Below are positions 55,625 through 64,000 of a DNA stretch of 64,000 nucleotides, piece by piece. Both the position numbers and the translations under genes were made by a program. Source of the DNA: Octopus sinensis (taxonomy: Eukaryota); the NCBI RefSeq assembly GCF_006345805.1, contig NC_042999.1:117428001-117492000 (forward strand), written 5' to 3'. How positions within the stretch are numbered: the stretch's first letter is position 1; each line of letters starts with the position of its first letter. The notes below the pieces were generated by a model. The model did not search any database. It worked only from the letters and a program-made list of their open reading frames with translations, and had not been told where the DNA came from.

Positions 55625-55941
55625 TGTGTGTAATAATGATTACTCTACATAGGTGAAAAGGCAATGAAGGGGAACTACTTTTGACCCTTTTGAAGTTGCA
55701 AAAGTGTCTCCATGTCGAACAGAAAGGTAACGGTTAGTGATCAGAATTAAAGAGACTAGATTCAAACAGCGGTAGTTAAGTGTAACTAAGAAAATCTGAA
55801 ATGAAAGTAAAGGATTTTGAACAGAAATGAAAGAATGTTCTTGTAACAGGACAATTCACCGTTTCTTGCTATCTAAAACTACGTATTAAACGTATATAAT
55901 CTCCTATTATAATAATAATAGTAAATAAATAAAAAATAAAT

Positions 55942-56186
55942 GCGCCCTTTTTAAAGCCTAGCCAGGCTCATGGGCCCGGTTTCCCAGTTTCCATGGCGTA
56001 TGTGTTCCCCAGCTGGACGGGATGCCAGTCCATCGCAGCGTTACTCATTTTTGCCAGCTGAGTGGACTGGAGCAACGTGAAATGAAGTGTTTTGCTCAAG
56101 AACACAACGCGTCGCCCGGTCCAAGAATCTAAACCACAATCTTATGATCATGATGCTGACACCCTAACCACTAAGCTACGCGCCTC
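55942..56186 (-). mobile_element. SINE, family C-related
   Basis: GTGTTTTGCTCAAGAACACAACGCG core and tRNA-like head. Confidence 0.75.
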
Positions 56187-56194
56187 TACATAAT

Positions 56195-56665
56195 AATAAT
56201 AATGGCTTCAAAATTTGGCACAAGTCCTGTAATTCCGGGTGAGGGAGTAAGTCGATTACTTCGATATCTAGAACTCAACTGGTACTTATTTAATCGATCA
56301 CTTTGGATGAAAGGCAAACTCGACCTCGGCGAAATTTGAACGCAGAAAGTAAGGACGGACGAAATGTCGCAAGGCATTTTGTCCGACGTGCTCGCGAGCT
56401 GCCAGCTCGCCCCCTTCACTATAACAACAAAAACAGCAACAACAATAATAATAATCCTTTCTACTATAGGCACACGTCTTGAAATTTGGGGAAGGGGGAC
56501 TAGTCGATCACATCGACCCCAGTGTTTCTCCGGTAATTAATTTATCGACTCCGAAAGGATGAACGGCAAAGTCGAGCACGGTGGAATTTGAACTCAGAAC
56601 GTAACGACGACGAAATGTTGCTAAGCATTACGCCCGGCGTGCTAACGATTCTGCTAGCTCGCCTC
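56195..56665 (-). mobile_element. Two tandem SINE A copies
   Basis: Heads end near 56415 and 56665. Confidence 0.8.
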
Positions 56666-56666
56666 A

Positions 56667-56674
56667 TCAACAGC

Positions 56675-56717
<43 letters not shown>

Positions 56718-56745
56718 CAACAACAACAACAGCAGCAGCAGCAGC

Positions 56746-56801
<56 letters not shown>

Positions 56802-56830
56802 TGATGATGATAATAATAATAATGATAATC

Positions 56831-56888
<58 letters not shown>

Positions 56889-56941
56889 TGATGATGATAA
56901 TAATAATAATGATGATGATGATAATAATAATAATGATAATC

Positions 56942-56993
<52 letters not shown>
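56667..56993. repeat. Compound (CAA)n(CAG)n(TAA/TGA)n microsatellite
   Basis: Direct reading. Confidence 0.95.
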
Positions 56994-56995
<2 letters not shown>

Positions 56996-58140
56996 CTAGA
57001 TGTGACTAGGAAACTAGACACTGTTATCAGTAGGACAGATGTTAAAAATATAGGAGATTCTAACTTATTGATCTATGCAGGAGTGGGTAGTACTTATTAG
57101 AAGATTAGATATTCCACAAGGAAAGAGTAGAAAAGAGCAGATGTGGAAAAGGAACTTACAAAATAAAGTGAAAACTTTAATACAAGATCTGAGTAGATTA
57201 GAAGACTGTAAACTGAATAAATTAGGAAATACAAGATTCAATTCTTCAATTGAGAAAAGACAGGTAGTCAAAGAGAAAAGACTTGGGACAGTCATAGAAG
57301 AGTTGAAACAGTGTATTATAGCAGTAGCAGGTAAGCTTTCCAGATATCAGAAAAGAATAGATTAGGATTAACAAAATAGATCATTTGAGACTGATCCTAT
57401 AACCAAATATATAAGGGAGAAGAAAGTACTGAAAATGAGACACCGAATGCAGAAGAAACTATGTAAGAGCTCAAGACCAAATTTAGTTCAAGGTTTCTGG
57501 CTAAAAAAATGTTTAGTAGTTTACATAGAAGGCTGAAGGTAGAACTCCAGGGTTGCCTTAATGCAGAAATAATACCAAATTGGACGACTAGATGGAGAAC
57601 AATACTCCTTATGAAAGATAAAAGCAAAGATGATACAGATAGCAATTATAGACCAAACATTTGCGTACCATTACCGTGGAAGCTGTTTACAGGAATGCAT
57701 TCAGAAAGCATTTACGAGTGCCTTGACAACCAGAGTTTACTGCCAGAAGAACAGAAAGGTTGCAGGAAGAAGGCTAGAGGAACGCATGATCCATTATACA
57801 TAGAGAAAGCAGATCTAAATGAAGTAAAAGCTAGAAAGAAAATTCTAACAATAGCATGGATAGATTACAAAAAAGCCTATGACATGATCCCACACTCATG
57901 GAAAAGTGAATGTTTGAGTATATTCAGTATAGCAGACAACATAAGAGAATTAATTAGCTTTAGCATGAAGAAATGGGAAGTAGATCTCTACTCAGGTGAC
58001 ACAGTCTCAGGGAAGGTTAATATCAAGAGAGGAATTTTCCAAAGAGACTCGTTATCCACTTCAATATTTGTCATTTGTTTGATTCTCCTCAGTTTAATAT
58101 TAAGGAAGGAAAAGGCAGGGTACCAGTTCATAAATAGTAT
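56994..58140 (+). mobile_element. R4/Dong-clade non-LTR retrotransposon RT fragment
   Basis: NYRP...WKLFTG, LPEEQKGC, AWIDYKKAYDMIPHSW, KRGIFQRDSLS. Confidence 0.8.
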
Positions 58141-58374
58141 ATAAATCCGTTTTAAAGAAACGGAAAACATGCTAAGTCATATTAAATAAATAGTAAATCC
58201 TAAATCTTAAACCCGACTTACTGCCGATTACAATTGGATAATCGTAATATGGTAAAGTTTAAATAAATATCTGAAAAACCCTACTTATATCCAGAAGAGC
58301 AAGAGGGACGACACAAGCCACACCATATACTAATCAATAGAAGTAAAACATCACTATTAGACATGACGGGATGG

Positions 58375-58965
58375 TCTAGTGCAAAGCATTTAATTACCTA
58401 GGCAGCCGCATCTGAGATAATGCACGACTGGACCAGGAAATCACATACATAATGAGCAGAGCTAGTGTTTCATTTGGCAGGCTGCAGGGGAGGCTATGGT
58501 AAAATAGGTATGTTTCTATACGGGTGAAATGTAAGGTATAGGCTATAGTACTTTCTTCCCAGCTGTATGGAGCTGAAACCTGAAGAGTCTATAAAGAGTG
58601 TATGATGAGACAACTGCGACAAATTATGAATATCGCTCTCCTTGACAAGATCAGGAACGAAGAGATCTTGCGGTGTGCTGGTCTGCCACCTATGGTGGAA
58701 ATCCTCCTTGATAGAAATTTACGTCGGTTGGGGGACGTACACAGGATGGACCACAGCAGACTCCCCTGGCAACTCATTTACTCCCAGCTATAGAAGAGGA
58801 AAAGAAACCATGGACGACCTAGACTGTGATTCAAAGATATTGCAAATGGGAGTATCAAGCGGAAAGGAATTGATCTCAATAAATGGCAAAATCAAGCGAA
58901 AAACCAACCTGTATGGAGAAAGCCAATAAAATCATGCCCAAGTCATAAACAGTCATAGTTGTAAT
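58375..58965 (+). mobile_element. RTE-clade LINE 3' fragment
   Basis: YLGS, LYGAET, LRRLGDVHRMDHSRLPWQLIYSQL, GRPRL. Confidence 0.8.
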
Positions 58966-59824
58966 GTCTGATTGTAGATAACTGATCAATAAACCCCAAT
59001 CCGAAGATTACAGATGGAGGAAGAAAGGTTTGTGCAGGTTGGAGCAGATTGAGAGCTACATATTATTGACCGAGTCGGCCGAATCGTTAGGATGTTGGAT
59101 AGGATGCTTCAGAGTATTTGTTCTGGCTGCAATTGCTCTGAGTTCAAACGCCACTCAAATCAACTTTTCTTGCCATCCTTTCACGGTTGATAGGTTTGCT
59201 ACTCTGGGTTCACAAACTGGTGCAGAAAATTGGATTGGATGACTTGCGGTATTTGTTGTGATACTTTGTATTCTTGAGTTCAAGTCTTGCCATGGTTTTC
59301 TCGGATAGTATATTAAATCTTTCAGGCTGTTAAGCGCCATTACATTGCACCATAGCAAGATTTGAATTCAGGATGCAAAGTACCAGAATACCGCAAGGCA
59401 TCCAGAATTTCCTTACAGCTCCACCAGTTTGTCGACCCACTTATGCTTTTAGTGTACCCCACTCTTGCAATCATTCGGGCTTGGCTTCCGCCATATCCAC
59501 CTCGCGTCTTGGATGCCCTCTAAGGAGTGGTAGACATGTTGGCCGAAAGATAAAGTCGATCCTGGAAACATACGTGAGCAATGTAGCTCCATTCAACACC
59601 TGAGATATTCCAAGAGAGAATTCCTGTCTCATACTTTTCTGCCATACTTTTTTAACAACATGTTAAAATGAAGCTAATTAAAAGGAAACTTATTATTAAA
59701 GGGAAACTTAATTATATGCTTGAGAAATATTGAATAGTGAATTATACCAAACACAGGATTGCAAATACCTTAGTATTAATAAACAAAGAGCAAAATATTA
59801 GGAATATAATATTATAGTCACATT

Positions 59825-60045
59825 CGAGGTGACAAGCTTAACAGAATCGTTAGCACACCGACCAAAATGCTTAACGGTATTTCTCTCATCTGTACTTTCT
59901 AAGTTCAAATTCCTTCGAGGTAGACTTTCCTTTCATCCTTTCGAGGTTAGTAAACTCTTATTTTATCAGTTCAGCCCCGGGGTCGAAGTAACCGATCTCT
60001 TCAATCTCCAAAAATTGCTGGACTTGTGCCAAAATTTGAAATCAA
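59825..60045 (+). mobile_element. SINE family A (diverged)
   Basis: AGAATCGTTAGCACACCG...AAGTTCAAATTCC...CCTTTCATCCTTTCGAGGT. Confidence 0.7.
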
Positions 60046-60289
60046 CATTATATGACACGTTCAATTATAACTTAAAAGAAAGTGAATGCGAAAAAAACGC
60101 AACAAAAAAACAAAAAAATAAAAACCAAAGCAAGGTAATACTGTAAACCAACAAATAATTTATACTTACAATATTCTCAGCAGTACACTAAATCAATTAA
60201 CAGAGTAGACAGAAATGAAAGAAAATATACTTATTGAATTTAATACACATGGCGAGAAAACATGAACAAAACCAAAAACAAAAAACAGT

Positions 60290-62640
60290 CGAAGTAAACC
60301 AGACTATTTTCTCTTTTCAAGGAAGCCAACAAATAGGAAATATATTTGTGAAAAATGAGAAACTGTACAAAAAATGAGAAATTGCACAAAAGCTAAAAAC
60401 TATGTAGAGAGGAATAAAACACTAGACGACTTCTGCAACCGTATCCAGAATTCCCCTCACACTTTCTATAAACCAAAACTTGTAGCAAACTTCAACGACT
60501 TACAATGGAAGCACCTACTGCAACTAAAATACGACAAAGGCCTGACAATCAAAGAAGCAGACTAAGGTAGTGGACACAGAATACTATAAAAACCTAGCAT
60601 TGTCCATGCTAGATAATGACTCCTTTTATGAAAAGACTGATAATTACAGGCAGCAAAAAACATTAAAAGATCTTGCATCTTTAATACTCAAACATGGAAA
60701 AGGCCTCACGGAAAAAGACAAATATTATATCACAAACTTTAAATGCAAACCAAGCCTTTTTTATGACCTCCCCAAAGTTAAAAACAGTCAAATAATTACC
60801 AATGCCTGTAAATCAAATCCAGGTGCACACATAAATATCCTAACACCAGAAGATTTAAAATTAAGGCCGATTATAGAGGGCCCAGCCTGTGAAACTCACC
60901 ACCTAAGCAATTTTCTGGACATACTTTTGAAACCTTTCCTCAGATAAATTAAAATTTTCATTAGAGACGATCTGGACATGCTAGAGCATCTACCAAAAAC
61001 CACCAACGAAGAAGCAGTATTAGTCTCCTTCGATGTCATCAACCTCTACACCAAGGTTCCACTTAGCTTACGGAATAGAGGCAATAAAATTCTGGCTAGA
61101 AAAATATCCCAAATTTCTCCTGGACCGCATAAACCAGAATTTTGTCATTGAATCTCTGAAGTTCTACTTACAAAACAACTACTTCCTATTCGATGAAACA
61201 TACTACCGCCAAAAAATGCGGTATTGCGATGGGAACAAAAGCAGCGCCTGTCGTTGCGAACCTAATAATGGGTTTCTTTGATTCTACCCTATATGAATTT
61301 TCGCTCCAAAAATGTGGATCCCCATTCCACTAGTATATAAGAGAAAACTGGAAAAGGTACCTAGACGATTGTTTTATTATCTGGAATGATAAACTTCTGG
61401 ATTTCAAATCTACATTGAACAATATAAACTCCAATATTCAATTTACAATGGAATATAGTAATGAAGAGCTCGCATTTGTGGACATTTTGATAATAAAAAA
61501 GATATAACAACCATATTGCAACCGATATCTACTACAAACCAACAGACTCAAAACAGTATCTCCTTATCAGCTCATGCCATGCTAAACACACCTAAGTAAA
61601 TATCCCATTCAATCTAGCATAAATGATCTGTACAATTGTATCTGATACAACTACTCGGGAACGTCGCCTACAAGACCTCAAAAGAACACTCATTGAACGT
61701 CAATACCCACCCGCACTTATAGACCATGGAATTAAACGTGCCAAAAAAAATTGGACACAAACATACGAAGGACAACAAAACAAAGCACCATACCTCACTT
61801 TAAATCATACATATCAACCCGAAATCCCCCAAATAAAGAAGCATACAATATAATTGTACAAAATCTCCCTCTGCTCACTCAAAACCCAAAAATGAACAGC
61901 ATTCTGAATATACATAAACTCCTCAAATGCAAACAAAAAGAAACACAAATCATTTAAGAGACTCCTAACGAATGAAAACATGTACTCAACACATACAATA
62001 TCAACAGTTAAAAATGCGGACGACCTAATTGTGGTACATGCTCATACCTAACTGAAGACTCGGAATTCACATTCCAGCAAGGAGAAAAAATTTCAATTAA
62101 GACCAACTTCTCATGTGCCTCCCAGAAACTAATTTATGTCCTAACCTGCTCAGGTTGCGGCCACAATCATGTGGGCCAAACGAACCTTACTTTGAGACGC
62201 AGAGTTACACTGTATAAAGAACAGATTCGTTTTCCTCAATACAGGCAGATAGCTCTGAGCGAACATATTGACAGAAGCGCAAGAAATAAAACACTGAATT
62301 TCCATATTTTCCTTTATACCAATATAAAAATTTAATCTCCTTACAAAGGAAACCTGTTCATGCAAAAGTACAGACCACACCTTAATATACAAACTCGACC
62401 ACCTGATCCATACACACTCCTATTTCAAAATCAAATTTATTTATCACTATTCAATAATACTGAGGAGGTAGTTGTCCCCCTTGCCACCTATTGCCTCCAT
62501 TTATCCACTCTCTCCATTCATTTTTACTTTTCAAGAAATCCCAAATGGCGTGATTCCTTTGCCTCAAGGAATGATTACTTCACAGTGAACCTTGAAAAGC
62601 TAATTTGAATAGCGACAACCGGTTGGATATCAGTACATTT
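60290..62640 (+). mobile_element. Decayed Penelope-like element (RT + Cys-rich linker + GIY-YIG endonuclease), Neptune-like
   Basis: FYDLPKV, LRPII, SFDVINLYT, GIAMGTKAAP, KRYLDDCF, IQFTME, IYYKPTD, CGRPNCGTC, LIYVLTCSGCGHNHVGQT...LRRR; many stops and frameshifts. Confidence 0.9.
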
Positions 62641-64000
62641 TATAAGACAGTCCTCCAATTCCTTCCTTCTTTCTGCCGCCGAATTCAATGACGTTTTATT
62701 ACGAACCACCACATCAAAATAAAGTCGAGCAACAATGACAGATCATGCAATAAATTGCAATATAAAAATCGTTCACTTGAAAGTTATGTTAAATGAACGA
62801 TAAGAACGAAACAAGATATGAAATATAAATCACGAAATCCCAAACAAAAGGGTATAACATACAGTTAGAACTGCGCCTCCAAGACTTGCAAGGGAAGACA
62901 AAACCGCCATTCATAAGTTACTACTGATATTCAGCTATAATCAGGTAATTCGGTGTGAAATCTTGCACTATGAAACACTAGAGCCAGGTACTGGTATTAA
63001 AATGGTCGATGGATCGTGAGTAGCACTGAAAAACAGATGTACACCATCCAAAAGTTTACAGTGGCTTTTCCCTCAAATTTAATTCACAAGATTTTGATCA
63101 ATCCTGCCTAGTTGTGATCGAACTCGCACCCACATAGCTATGCTTGCATCCATAAAAATCTGCTATGCTAAAAAGACTTAATCCCCTAACAAGACACAGA
63201 ACAATATTGTGATCGAACTGATACCTTCATTACTAGTAGTCGCTGTCTTCTAAAAGAATGGGAATATTTTCACAAATTCAATTAGTTACATGGAAAAAGT
63301 TTTGTGGTTAGACACATGAATATATTGCAGAAATGCTTTCAAGGAAATTTTATGAAGGTGGTATCCGTCATATTTTAGACAACAAGTTAAATTAATAAAA
63401 TGAAATTATTGCGCGATATTTGCTGAAGTCAGTGTCAGAAGTTTCTTAAGTTTCTAACAAGAGAATCGCTGTTGTCCTACGTGTCAACAGAATCAAATCA
63501 TAAAAATGTATTTAGACTAGTCAACTAGTAATGTAAAATTAATGCTCTGAATCAATAAGCTTTTAATTCTATAACAAATTTCGAAATTAAAGTGTTACTC
63601 TTGTCACGAACTGTTCGCCACACTCCCCTCTTTGCCCCTCTTTCCCCCCCTCTCTCTCTCCATATATGTCTCCATTATCTCTTTTTCTTTGTTATTTACT
63701 CTTACCTTAAGGAAAATAAAAACAAAGTACGATATATCTTGCATCAAATGAGCCAACCAAATGAGTCCTTTGTTGAAAATGTTATAGCAAAAAAAAAAAA
63801 TAACAGATGTCTGGCATTTGCCGTCTCATGAATTCTAAATGAACTAGAAACAAATCACGTAAAACTGTTTTACCGTTTAAGTGTTTAGTAAACTATCTCA
63901 GCAGTCAACCGTTAAAAAAAAAAACAGTCTCAGCCAATAAATTATATTAAATTAGGAAAATCTTAATGTATTTTCTCTTCTCGAGCTTAATTTACCTCAA

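Noticed and set aside
56542-57100. Poly-Ile/Asn/Leu ORFs
   Set aside because: Trinucleotide microsatellite translations.

Overview
AT-rich, microsatellite-saturated eukaryotic DNA. The tRNA-SINE families and repeat landscape look like a coleoid cephalopod (Octopus), which is an inference and not a database result. No intact host gene is recognisable, and most listed ORFs are microsatellite translations. Contents: a near full-length CR1-type LINE (41.5-46.7 kb) inserted inside a SINE; four decayed RTE LINE pieces; an R4/Dong RT fragment next to (TAA)n; a decayed Penelope-like element (RT + GIY-YIG, 60.3-62.6 kb); a non-autonomous Helitron; mariner-type MITEs; many SINEs; a 1.3 kb tandem duplication; and at least six long fold-back inverted repeats. 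The most striking signal is a set of sequence-unrelated short elements carrying minimal type I hammerhead ribozymes, most with palindromic stem III loops and ending at (TA)n tracts. One is a tandem-plus-inverted locus at 23.2-24.0 kb that would release a 355-nt unit RNA (retrozyme / Penelope pLTR-like). A scattered series of disrupted exons on the minus strand (48.0 kb to 4.5 kb) may be a pseudogenised signal peptide-Ig-FN3-TM receptor gene (tentative).
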